A program made the position numbers and the translations under genes. From Mytilus trossulus (Eukaryota), in assembly GCF_036588685.1 (NCBI RefSeq), contig NC_086374.1, forward strand, positions 85,808,001 through 85,872,000: DNA of 64,000 nt, given 5' to 3'. The stretch's first letter is position 1; each line of letters begins with the position of its first letter. Of the stretch, positions 40,000 through 50,331 are shown piece after piece. The notes beneath the pieces are model-generated. The model saw only the letters and a program-made list of their open reading frames with translations, did not search any database and was not told where the DNA came from.

Positions 40000-40760
40000 T
40001 CAACTACACCCCCGCAAAACAGTAAGCAACTGGTTATCTTACTGTAATTTATATTGTTGTACTAATTAACGTTTTACAATCAAATAATAATAATTCGACT
40101 ATTAACTTTTCATCACCTTGTAATGTTCGTTATTGCTATAAATTTACGGACATTTATTTCGTTGGAGATGATTTATAATCGTCATGGTACGTGGCTTCAT
40201 ATGTAAACAATCTTTGTTTAACAAGGTCACTCAGCCATAAAGTATTACACAAAACCACGATGCAATACACATAATCAGTCTGTCTTCTTGCGGAATTCGT
40301 AGCTAAATTTCAATCACTTACCTTAATCATATAAATTAACACCTCATCATTAAATATTAAATTTTGAATTATATAAATTCCATTTTGTTGACACTGAACT
40401 TGTTGCATTCTATCACCCGGTACTTTTCGCATGAAGATGTTACGCGCGCGCATCTAGTCAACCTCCCACGCACTTGTTGTGTGAATGAGAATTGATTACT
40501 TGAGGCTCATAACGAGTGATCATATAGCACTTACCTGTTATGACACACTGCAGCTATGTCAGAAGATTATTGGGATAATATCATACATGAATATTTTAAG
40601 ACAACTTAAACATCTTTTCCTTCCGGCAGATTTACGCGTCTTCGCTAGGATTAAACAAAACAAGTGTGGACACAGAGTAATGTTTCGGCGGAGCAATAGT
40701 TTTAGATTGTATTTTAACACCGTTTTACAAAAATCAGATATAGAGACCAACCATGACAGT
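40000..40760 (-). promoter_or_regulatory. Putative DGK promoter with two candidate alternative non-coding first exons
   Basis: Local CpG enrichment (e.g. TACGCGCGCGCA at 40441) and two consensus minus-strand donors, AG|GTAAGT at 40321 and CAG|GTAAGT at 40534. Confidence 0.5.
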
Positions 40761-40859
40761 TAAAGCATTAGTTAAATTAATGCAAGAAGGCTACTGGTTT
40801 AGACAGAGTTTCTCCAAAATGTGTACATGATCATTTAAAAACCGGTTAACTTGAATACG

Positions 40860-41200
40860 GCAAATAAAGGCAACAGTAGTATACCGCTGTTCAAACTCAT
40901 AAATCCATGGACATAAAACAAAATCGGGATAACAAACCAAAACCGAGGGAAACGCATTAAATATAAGAGGGTAACAACGACACAACATTAAAATGTAACA
41001 CACACAGAAACGGACCAACGGCATCAGCAAAATCCCGCGAGAATAACAAATATAACATCAAAACTTGAATTTGGGATAGACAAATACCGTGACACGTCTT
41101 ATCGCAATGTGAATTTACACTAAAAAAAAGAGAAAAAAAACGACGCAACGTTAAAATGTAACACACACAGAAACGAACAATAATATAACAATGGCCATAA
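40860..41200 (+). repeat. Dispersed repeat (AAATAAAGGCAACAGTAGTATACCGCTGTTC family)
   Basis: Inverted copy near 60270-60480 and degenerate copy near 63820-63970. Confidence 0.75.
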
Positions 41201-41435
41201 TACAAAGCCTTTATTAAAAGGGTAGATTTATCGCAACATGGTGTCAACTGTACTAAAAATTCTGCGGAAAAGTGCAATTACATAATTATACTATCAGTTT
41301 TGAAATATTGTATCTTATAGCATTACATGTACATAAACTTATATCATTGCATGTATATGTAGGTTATTTCTACGATATGTTTACTTCTTCTTTCCATTCT
41401 TTGTTAATGTTAAATGTACAAAAATGTATAGGGGG

Positions 41436-41573
41436 TGTTGATTGGCTATTTATGGCTTCAATATAATTCTATTGTCTATTCTAATGTCTTTACTAAACTA
41501 TAAACTAAACCCACCAAGTAACATGTACCTGAAAATAATATAAACAAAATAATAGAAAACACAGTAGTTAACA
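41436..41573 (-). repeat. 3' LTR, 138 bp
   Basis: Identical by eye to 46127-46264. Confidence 0.97.
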
Positions 41574-41707
41574 ATCTAATCCTTTTCTGTTTTCACTAGA
41601 AATGTTAATGTCCAAATAAAAATAAAAATGAAGGCAATTAAAATGTCATAGTATCAAGTATTTATCTGATCTTTCTTCTCCTTTTTTTTTATTGTCAGTT
41701 GCACTAA

Positions 41708-44700
41708 TTACAAAAGGCTTGAATTCAAAAGTCCTTTTTCAAAACAACGTAAGATGTCTTGTCCAGAAGCACCATGCTTTGTAAGAACATTGGCGATTTG
41801 TTCATTTGTCTGAATCCATTTTACTTCTTTAAGCTCTCCACCTTGAAGTAATTGCTTTATTGCATTGATCTCCACCCTCAATCTCTTTTCTCCAACAGGT
41901 TTATCAGAGTATATTGCATGATAAAGGTCTTTGTTGTCAACGAAACAATCTACTGGAGTATGCATCAAATCGTTCTCATTGTGCATTACTTCCTTAAACA
42001 GAGCTGCTAAAGATATAACACAGTCCACACCATCAGCTAAGGCCAAGGCTTCACTTGCCAAAGTACTACGTACAACCCTTCTTAATTTCTTAGACTGCCA
42101 AGTGATTGGGTTAACTTTACCATCATCGCCCATCAAAAACACAACATAACCACCCTGACTTCCACCATCTGGAAGATTTCCAAATGATGCATCACTGAAC
42201 AACATAAATTTCACATCATGTCCAAGATTCTGGAATTGCAGTGAAACGGGATCGTTTTGCACCTTCCTAATTATTTTATTGACTTTCTTTAGATCTTCAA
42301 TAGTGCTAGACTTAATTTTTGATGAAATAGCAGCAACATCAAACGCAATGTCTGGACGTGTTTGTCTTGCTAACCATAATAACTGTCCTATTTTTGACCT
42401 CAATAGTGTCTGTTCTGATGATGAAAGAGGAGATGTTTTAACTCTGTCTTTATCTATTGAAACAGTCTTCAACATTCTGACATAGTCTTGCTGGCTGAGA
42501 ACAATAGTTTCATTTTCTTGGCTGAGGTCAAGACCTAAATATTTGAAAGACTCACAGGATTCTTTCCCTACCTTGAACATATCCCTAATTCTGGACACAA
42601 CACTTTTCTCAAAGGTATTGGATCCTGCCCAAAGAAAGTCATCTACATGAACTGCTAGGACACCAGTCAAACCTTTTTCATTATACCAATAAAAAACTGC
42701 TGAATCAATTTTGGACACTGTTCCTCCACAATCTAGCAATGTTGCTTTAACTTTTTCATACCACTTTAAGGATGCATCAACAAGACCATATACACATTTG
42801 TTAAGGCGCCAGACTTTACCAGTTGCTTTAACTTCTTTAGGAGGTCTCAAGTAGACTTCTCTTTGCATTTTCTCTCCTTGAAGAAAAGCAGTTTTAATGT
42901 CCACAGAATTAATTGACCATCTTTTACTAGCAATAATTGATAAAATTAGTCGTAGAGACTGCTTTTCACATGTTGGTGAATTCTTTGGTATCTCATCTAG
43001 ACTGTCTTCTTCAAAACCTTTTGCTACCAATCTAGCTTTTCTATGAAATTCGTTCTCTAATTCTTTCATAGTGTAAACCCATCTTGTTGAAATACAGTTT
43101 TGACCATTGTCTTCAACTTCTTCAAAAACATTGTGCTTTCTCCAGTTATCCAGTTCTGCCTCTCTAGCCTCAGTAAAATCAATATCGCTTAAAAGTACAT
43201 CTTCATTCAAGTCATCTGACTGGTTAACAACTTTCAAATCATTGACTGTTCTTAGATCAATTGATATCTGATCACCTCTCATATTTTCTGGCTGATTGTA
43301 TTCTATATTGTACCAGCTCTTTTTAACAGTTGTAGCCTTTCCTGCCCTGCCTAAAATTATTGCTTCTCTTGTGTCATTTTCACCAGGGATTTTAAAATTC
43401 ACTATCTGATCCTTCTTTAATTTCATACAATCATTTTCCTGGGACTCAGGATTATGTTCCATACTTTCCTCATGTATATCATTATCTGCCGGATTTTCCA
43501 AATCATAACTGTCTCTCCCTTCAGATTCAGGACCATCTTCACCATTCAAACTACCATTCAAGCTACCAGCATGACTATCATCTTGATCAGCACGTTCGTC
43601 TGCAGATTCTTCAAAATTTTCTTGATTTTCATCATTCTCAGTATCATTTTGATGAGGCTCTTCATCGTCACTCTCATAGTATACTAAGTCATGATCTGGT
43701 TCAGTGTTGTTATATGTTGCAGCTTGAGGCTTACGCACAGGAGTTGACTTTGCTGTATGCTTATGAATAATCTTTTGTTTTCCTTCAACATCAATGTCTC
43801 TTTTTAATCTACTTTCATGTACACGGACATATGTACCTCCATATCTTACAAAAACAACTACGTTATCTTGACCAATTACCCAGCCTGGTCCTTTCCACTG
43901 ATTGTCTCGGAGGAAGAAAACTTTGTCACCATTTTTGAATTTTTCTCCTGAAGGCCGGATTTGCTTACGTAGTGCCCTTCTTACTTTCTCAGAGGATTCT
44001 GCGGCAATAAATGCTTTTCTAGCTTCATGTAAGCCAACTAAATGCTTTCCCATAACATTACTAATTGTTGTACCTTCTAATGCAGGAGGCTTGTTAACTA
44101 TAGACGATGGCATGTTTGGGTTCCTTCCAAAAACTATTTGATATGGACTGTAGCCATAGACATTCAACAAACTGTTCTTAGCATGAACTGCCCAACTGAC
44201 GGAAGTCTCCCATGAAAGGTTAGAGCTTTCTCTCATTTTATTGATTGTTTCTGTAAGCGTTGCGTTGTGTCTTTCCACTACACCATTGGACCAAGGACTA
44301 TATCCTGCTGTTGTTTTAACTGACATGTTTAAGTTTTCTGCCATGTCTCTAAATATCTGTGAATTAAATTCACCTCCATTATCTGTGTAAACACCAACTT
44401 CAGGTGCTCCATAAACACCCACCCATATCTGCATGAACTTATCTACAATGACTTTAGAGTCCTTTCTTCTGATGATTGCAGCTGCACTCAATCTGCTGAA
44501 TAAGTCAATAACATGTAGATAATAAAAGTTATGGTCAATTTCATGAAGGTCCATTGCCACAATTTGATTGAAATCATTTGCATGTGAAAAGGCAACCACT
44601 GGTTTAGCTTTTGGATGCTTGAACTTATGGCAAATTAAACACTTTGTGCAGATATCTTTAAGAATGGTCTTTGTTTCAGAATCAACAGAACCAGCACTTT

Positions 44701-46105
44701 GCAACAGGGATAAAAGTTTATCTGATGATGCATGTCCAAACTGCTTATGCAACTTTAAAAGAATCTCCTTTTTCTTCTTAAAAGGTAATTTTGTGTCAAT
44801 GATCAAAACCTCCTCACTCTCATTCTTATTTCTGTTCGTGCATTGCTTGTCTTTAATGTTGATACAGTAATGACCACTTGAAGTTAGGTTTACATCCACT
44901 AACTGTCCAAACATGGTAACCTTGTCATTTCTGAGATCTAGGATAGTGCTTGCTCTTTTCAGAGAGGTTTTACTTAACAATAAAGGTATTTCACAATCCA
45001 CCACTTCTGTTTCAATTGAGAACTTAACTGACCCAATTAGTGCTGGAATTTTCACTTTCTGATATGAATATACTGTTTGTCCATCACCAAATTTGAATGG
45101 TACATGACTTTCATTACAAGTAAGTTGATCAAGTCCTGGATCAAGTGATTCTACAAATTCGTATAACCATTTAGAACCACACACTGTCTTGGAACATGCA
45201 GTATCAATAACTGCAGCATTGTAGGCTTCTGCGACAAACACTGTTAGAGGCTTAAATTCTTGTGCAGAGGTTAATAATGTTATATTTACAATTTCATTTA
45301 ACTCATCACTCTCATGTTCTGTTAAATTCACATCGAGCTGCTTGTGAGGACAATCCTTGACCCAATGAAATTTGGAATCACATATTTTACATCTTGAGAC
45401 ATTTCCATTAAAGACTGGATTCATTTTAGTCTTAAGTCTACTAGAGTTGGTTGATCTATCAGCTCGATTACGAGGAAAATTTCTTCTTGAACTTCGACCT
45501 CTCTGATAATACCCATCACTGACAAAAGCTGATTCTTCTTTAACAGTTACAACAGAGTTTTGTTCTCCAGGAAAATTTTGAGATTTTGAGGCAAATATCC
45601 TATTCAAAGCAGATTTCATTGTGTCGAATTTAAGGTCAGAACATGCAGTTAATGCCAGCTGACGATTACTTTGACTTAACCCAGCATTGTCAAGAAGTTT
45701 AAAAGCTAAAATTGCATCTGGGAGTACCATTTCATATTTCTTACATTTATTGTATCTCTGCTCAAACTCAATGATATAATCAGACATGCTTAAATCATCT
45801 ATTCTGTGGAACTTATCAAATACAGTATATGCAGCATAAGCCTGATCTATTTTATCCTTCTCAAAAAGCTTGTCCAACTCAGTTATCAGCTTATCTACTC
45901 CTTCATCAACATTTAAATCAGTGGGATCTACTTCTAGGGCTACTTCCCTTGGTTTTCCTTGTAGCGACAAAGCTAAAGCCAAACCTCTCTTCTTCTTGTC
46001 AAGATCTGTCACGAGTTGCCACATTTTAACTTCATTTTTCCATTGTTGATAACTTTTATCTTTGGTCAAACCTGGTGGGTTCTTGTAACTAGGTGCTGTT
46101 GCCAT
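41708..46105 (-). CDS. Gag-Pol polyprotein, 1465 aa from the first ATG (zinc knuckle, protease, integrase, RT, RNase H)
   Basis: CKICDSKFHWVKDC knuckle, IDTAC protease, HHCC plus DLH/DNGGEF/VERHN integrase, KARLVAKGF and HVDD RT, TRPDI, DASF...KRLR...ANVLTK RNase H; copia order IN-RT-RH; the ORF track starts at an upstream GTG at the LTR/PBS junction. Confidence 0.96.
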   Translation of the reverse strand: MATAPSYKNPPGLTKDKSYQQWKNEVKMWQLVTDLDKKKRGLALALSLQGKPREVALEVDPTDLNVDEGVDKLITELDKLFEKDKIDQAYAAYTVFDKFHRIDDLSMSDYIIEFEQRYNKCKKYEMVLPDAILAFKLLDNAGLSQSNRQLALTACSDLKFDTMKSALNRIFASKSQNFPGEQNSVVTVKEESAFVSDGYYQRGRSSRRNFPRNRADRSTNSSRLKTKMNPVFNGNVSRCKICDSKFHWVKDCPHKQLDVNLTEHESDELNEIVNITLLTSAQEFKPLTVFVAEAYNAAVIDTACSKTVCGSKWLYEFVESLDPGLDQLTCNESHVPFKFGDGQTVYSYQKVKIPALIGSVKFSIETEVVDCEIPLLLSKTSLKRASTILDLRNDKVTMFGQLVDVNLTSSGHYCINIKDKQCTNRNKNESEEVLIIDTKLPFKKKKEILLKLHKQFGHASSDKLLSLLQSAGSVDSETKTILKDICTKCLICHKFKHPKAKPVVAFSHANDFNQIVAMDLHEIDHNFYYLHVIDLFSRLSAAAIIRRKDSKVIVDKFMQIWVGVYGAPEVGVYTDNGGEFNSQIFRDMAENLNMSVKTTAGYSPWSNGVVERHNATLTETINKMRESSNLSWETSVSWAVHAKNSLLNVYGYSPYQIVFGRNPNMPSSIVNKPPALEGTTISNVMGKHLVGLHEARKAFIAAESSEKVRRALRKQIRPSGEKFKNGDKVFFLRDNQWKGPGWVIGQDNVVVFVRYGGTYVRVHESRLKRDIDVEGKQKIIHKHTAKSTPVRKPQAATYNNTEPDHDLVYYESDDEEPHQNDTENDENQENFEESADERADQDDSHAGSLNGSLNGEDGPESEGRDSYDLENPADNDIHEESMEHNPESQENDCMKLKKDQIVNFKIPGENDTREAIILGRAGKATTVKKSWYNIEYNQPENMRGDQISIDLRTVNDLKVVNQSDDLNEDVLLSDIDFTEAREAELDNWRKHNVFEEVEDNGQNCISTRWVYTMKELENEFHRKARLVAKGFEEDSLDEIPKNSPTCEKQSLRLILSIIASKRWSINSVDIKTAFLQGEKMQREVYLRPPKEVKATGKVWRLNKCVYGLVDASLKWYEKVKATLLDCGGTVSKIDSAVFYWYNEKGLTGVLAVHVDDFLWAGSNTFEKSVVSRIRDMFKVGKESCESFKYLGLDLSQENETIVLSQQDYVRMLKTVSIDKDRVKTSPLSSSEQTLLRSKIGQLLWLARQTRPDIAFDVAAISSKIKSSTIEDLKKVNKIIRKVQNDPVSLQFQNLGHDVKFMLFSDASFGNLPDGGSQGGYVVFLMGDDGKVNPITWQSKKLRRVVRSTLASEALALADGVDCVISLAALFKEVMHNENDLMHTPVDCFVDNKDLYHAIYSDKPVGEKRLRVEINAIKQLLQGGELKEVKWIQTNEQIANVLTKHGASGQDILRCFEKGLLNSSLL

Positions 46106-46126
46106 CTTTATAAGCTCTGCTACCAC

Positions 46127-46264
46127 TGTTGATTGGCTATTTATGGCTTCAATATAATTCTATTGTCTATTCTAATGTCTTTACTAAACTATAAACTAAA
46201 CCCACCAAGTAACATGTACCTGAAAATAATATAAACAAAATAATAGAAAACACAGTAGTTAACA
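46127..46264 (-). repeat. 5' LTR, 138 bp
   Basis: Followed on the minus strand by PBS TGGTAGCAGAGC. Confidence 0.97.
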
Positions 46265-46782
46265 GGGGGAGGGTTGAGATCTCACAAACATGTTTAACCC
46301 CGCCGCATTTTTGCGCCTATCCCAAGTCAGGAGCCTCTGACCTTTGTTAGTCTTGTATTATTTTAATTTTAGTTTCTTGTGTACAATTTGAAAATTAGTA
46401 TGGCGTTCATTATCACTGAACTAGTATATATTTGTTTAGGGGCCAGCTGAAGGACGCCTCCGGGTGCGGGAATTTCTCGCTACATTGAAGACCTGTTGGT
46501 GACCTTCTGCTGTTGTTTTTTTTATTTGGTCGGATTGTTGTCTCTTTGATACATTCCCCATTTCCATTCTCAATTTTATAGCTATATGGTTACATGACAT
46601 TTTATGATAACTATTACAAGTATATATGTTGTTTTGTTCTGTTTTGTTTTGTTGGTTGTTTTTTTTTTTTTGGGGGGGGGGGGGAGAAGCCGGTTGGAGG
46701 ATTAATAAAATGCATGTTGTTACAAACCAGGCCATTTCATTTGGAATAAAACATCACGACATACAAATTTAAAGATTTGAGT

Positions 46783-46879
46783 CACAGGCACTTGTCTCAA
46801 AAAAAAAATCCTATAAACCTTAATATAACAATATTATATTAAGGTATATAGGGGGGGGAAATTGAGACAAGTGCCTGTG
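46783..46879. mobile_element. 97-bp hairpin MITE with 8-bp TSD ATTTGAGT (hAT/P-type TSD length)
   Basis: CACAGGCACTTGTCTCAA / TTGAGACAAGTGCCTGTG TIRs and inner CCTTAATATA/TATATTAAGG palindrome. Confidence 0.85.
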
Positions 46880-47481
46880 ATTTGAGTGGTTATAACATTT
46901 CATGTGATGATAAAGTTAGTAGACCGTTGGTTTTCACGTTTGAATGGTTTTACACTAGTGAAAGAGAGACGAAAGATATCCAAGGGACAGTCAAACTCAT
47001 AAATCGAAAATAAACTGACAACGCCATGGCTAAAAATGAAAAAGTCAAACAGACACACAATAGTACACATGACACATAAGACATAATAAGACATAAAGCT
47101 TTATTTAGAGTCGGTATAAGCAAGCAATTAAAAACATAAGCTCTGAAGAGCTTTTAAAACCGACATAACAACAAATAAAACAAAACATACATATCGAGTC
47201 ATGCACACAACATTAAACATATAAAGCAAGAGTTCAATCAGTATATAAACATGCAGCACAAAAGTTCTTTAAGCATCTTACAAGTTTAACACATACTGGT
47301 ACATGCAATTATGAGATAAAAACACAAAAGCACAAATGAAATGGTTTGCACATAAAAAGCATAAAAGCACATTAAGTTTCTAAAATTAGCACAAAAGCAG
47401 CAGAAGCACTATAGTAAAGATATTAGAATAAATTTGCCATGCTGAAAATAAAGCAACAAAACAAAAAATAATAAGCAGAGA

Positions 47482-50331
47482 TTAACTGGTTTTGCAGGCA
47501 AAGCATTGGCATGAGCTGCCAGACCAAGAATTTATCAAGTTCTTGAATTGATTTAAAGATGATTGCTTACGAAGCTCATCTGGCAGCTCATTCCAAAGCC
47601 TAGCACCTGCATACCTGAACGATTGAAGGCCATATGCAGTTGTTCTTACATGTGGTAGATCTGCTGTATTCTGGTATCTGAAAGAGTAAGTTTTTTCCTT
47701 TAAGTGAATCAAATCATGAAGATAAACAGGACAGTCTTTATTTATAATTTTGAAAACTTCAATCGCCAAAGATCGCATTCTTCTTACTTTTAAAGATGGT
47801 AATTTTGATTTGCAGAGTAGATCTTCATAACTTGCTGAATGGTCTTCGTAGATAAACCTTAGTGCTCTCTCTTGATTTTTCTCTATCTTTTTTGTATTTA
47901 CCTCCCCACAAAAGTGCCAAACTAGTGGGCAGTAATTAAAGTTGGACATTATGAAAGAATAATAAATTGTTAATTTTCCGAGTTTAGTCAGGTGTTTACC
48001 TATTCTTTTTAGTACATTTAATTGTTTGGATGCTTTTTTACATATTATAGAGACATGTTCATTGAAATTTAGTTTAAAATCTATTGTTACACCTAGCAGT
48101 TTAACGTTATCTTCACACTCTATTTCATTACCTTCTAATTTAAATTTTAGGTTTTTGTCTTTAGTTTTTTTACCTACAGCTATTGCCTGAAATTTTTCTG
48201 GATTTGCTTTCATTTTATTTATTGAGAACCAGTTTATCAAAATTTTACTTTCTTCTTCTAAAGTTTTAATTAATTTATCTAAATCGTTATCTGCGTATGA
48301 AAGGGTGTTGTCATCTGCATAATTATAGAGTTCACTTTTATGAATAAAATAGAAAATGTCATTTAAAAAAATATTAAATAATGTTGGCCCTAATATTGAC
48401 CCTTGTGGCACCCCTTTAAACATTGTTTGCCAATAGCTTGAATTAGTACCTACTTTAACACACTGTTTTCTATTAGTTAAATAGCTTTCCAAAAGTTTAA
48501 GAGATGAGGCGGACACGCCATAAGATTTTAATTTTAGTAGGAGGAGGTCATGGGGTAGGCAGTCAAAAGCCTTGGACAAGTCCATTAATATAGCTGCTAC
48601 ATATCTATTCTGATCTAAAGCCTTTTTCCAATCTTCAATTATTTTTAATAAAGCGGTTTGGCATCCATATCCTTTTCGAAAAGCTGACAGAAAAATGTGG
48701 AAAAATGAATTAAAATATTCAACAAGTTGATTTTCTATAGACCTCTCAAAAATTTTTGAAATCATGGGCAATATACTTACAGGTCTATAGTTTCCTTTAT
48801 CAAGAGTGTTTGATTTTTTATGCAGGGGTATTACTTGTGCTTCTTTTAATTTATCTGGGAAAACAGCTGATTCAAATGATTTATTTATTATTTTAGAAAT
48901 TGGAGTGGATATTTCCGATTCGGATAATTTTAGTATTTTTGAAGATATTCCATCTTTTCCTGTTGCCTTTTTTATGTTAATTTTATTGATTTGTTTTTTA
49001 ACAAACTCTGGATCTACTGGGCTAAAATTTAGTTCTTCTTTTTCTGGTTTATTTTCTTTAATAATTTTAATACTTGGATGATGTTCATCTATTACAGTAT
49101 CTATTGAGCCGATATCTTTGGCAACATTTATAAAAAAATTATTAAATAATTCAGCTACTTCATTTTGATTGTTAATTATCTTATTTTCTTCACAAAGTAT
49201 TAGGTCTTTTGAAAAATGTGAACCTTTGTTTGTTAGGAAAGGCTTGATTGTTGGCCAAAAATCTTTGCTGTTAGGTCCTCCTATGCATCTTTCCATAAAA
49301 TAGTTTCTGATGGATTTCTTTTTAATTTTATTTACTAGATTTCTTTGTTTTCTGTAGCATTCCCAATTTGTTTTATTTTTAAAATTTTGAAATTTGTTGT
49401 ATGCCATTCTTTTTTTATATATTTCCCTTCGTAAAGTTTGATTCATGAATGGTGCTGGTTTGTTGATGTCTTTCTTTTTTTTCATAGGTATGTGTTTGTC
49501 TATAACCTCCATGAAAGTAGTTTCGAATGTTTCATATGCTTTATTTACATCTGCTGATTTTTCTATTATATCAATTAAGTTTTTTTCATTTAAATCTGTC
49601 AAAAAAAGTTCATGATCAAAGTGTTTGAAACTTCTGTAATTTATGAAACCTTTATTAATTTTTGGTAGTTTGCCTTTAATTTGAGTGGAAATAATGTTAT
49701 GAACATCACTCAGACCACAGTTGAAATTTAAAACATTTTGACAATAAGTTGTTTGGTTTGTAAGAATAACATCATTTAATGTGGCAGGGGCATGTTTTGT
49801 GAAACAAGTTGGGTTTTTTACCAAATTTGTGAAATCAAAAATATCACAGATGTCAATTAAGGGGGTACATTTTTGCTGTGAGAGCATGTTATAATTTAAG
49901 TCACCAAGTAGAAGAAAATTATCATACATAGTTGATAATTTATCACATGTACATATAAATTCATTTTTAAAAGTATCATCTTTTATTGAAGGAGGTCTAT
50001 AAAGTCCTGCAATTAACCATTTTCTATTATTAATATGCATTTCTACCATAATCGATTCAGTAAATTTAAGTTCATATTTGTCTTTTCTGTCGCATGCTAT
50101 GTCAGATCTAACATACATAACTAGTCCACCGCCATGAGATGTTCGGTCTTTCCTCCAGAAGTGGAAATTATCGACTTTAAATAAAGCGTCTGGAAAAGAG
50201 TCATCTATTTTTGTTTCTGCTATAATTAGCATATCTACGGTATTTTTACATAGAAGTTCTTTAATGGAACTGAATTTGTACCTTAGGCTATTGATATTAA
50301 GGTATGCACACGAAAATGTATCAGGTGTCAT
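47482..50331 (-). CDS. LINE APE endonuclease plus reverse transcriptase
   Basis: YLNINSL, IAETK, LYRPP, GDLN, SDVH (APE); NYRPVSIL, DLSKAFD, GVPQGSILGP, YADD (RT); CQCFAC C-terminus; frame is open upstream to 50472 but homology starts near the ATG at 50331. Confidence 0.93.
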   Translation of the reverse strand: MTPDTFSCAYLNINSLRYKFSSIKELLCKNTVDMLIIAETKIDDSFPDALFKVDNFHFWRKDRTSHGGGLVMYVRSDIACDRKDKYELKFTESIMVEMHINNRKWLIAGLYRPPSIKDDTFKNEFICTCDKLSTMYDNFLLLGDLNYNMLSQQKCTPLIDICDIFDFTNLVKNPTCFTKHAPATLNDVILTNQTTYCQNVLNFNCGLSDVHNIISTQIKGKLPKINKGFINYRSFKHFDHELFLTDLNEKNLIDIIEKSADVNKAYETFETTFMEVIDKHIPMKKKKDINKPAPFMNQTLRREIYKKRMAYNKFQNFKNKTNWECYRKQRNLVNKIKKKSIRNYFMERCIGGPNSKDFWPTIKPFLTNKGSHFSKDLILCEENKIINNQNEVAELFNNFFINVAKDIGSIDTVIDEHHPSIKIIKENKPEKEELNFSPVDPEFVKKQINKINIKKATGKDGISSKILKLSESEISTPISKIINKSFESAVFPDKLKEAQVIPLHKKSNTLDKGNYRPVSILPMISKIFERSIENQLVEYFNSFFHIFLSAFRKGYGCQTALLKIIEDWKKALDQNRYVAAILMDLSKAFDCLPHDLLLLKLKSYGVSASSLKLLESYLTNRKQCVKVGTNSSYWQTMFKGVPQGSILGPTLFNIFLNDIFYFIHKSELYNYADDNTLSYADNDLDKLIKTLEEESKILINWFSINKMKANPEKFQAIAVGKKTKDKNLKFKLEGNEIECEDNVKLLGVTIDFKLNFNEHVSIICKKASKQLNVLKRIGKHLTKLGKLTIYYSFIMSNFNYCPLVWHFCGEVNTKKIEKNQERALRFIYEDHSASYEDLLCKSKLPSLKVRRMRSLAIEVFKIINKDCPVYLHDLIHLKEKTYSFRYQNTADLPHVRTTAYGLQSFRYAGARLWNELPDELRKQSSLNQFKNLINSWSGSSCQCFACKTS

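Larger units (their letters stand above)
41436..46264 (-). mobile_element. Full-length Ty1/copia LTR retrotransposon, GalEa-like
   Basis: Identical 138-bp TG...CA LTRs; 5-bp TSD GGGGG (41431-35, 46265-69); PBS TGGTAGCAGAGC (initiator tRNA-Met); purine-rich tract GAAAACAGAAAAGGA before the 3' LTR; single intact ORF. Confidence 0.97.

Noticed and set aside
10221-40763. Numerous 60-110 aa ORFs in introns
   Set aside because: No domain similarity, AT-rich composition, and many overlap dispersed repeats
41931-46029. Plus-strand ORFs inside the copia element (and 48806-49081 in the LINE)
   Set aside because: Antisense shadows of long coding frames with no recognisable domains
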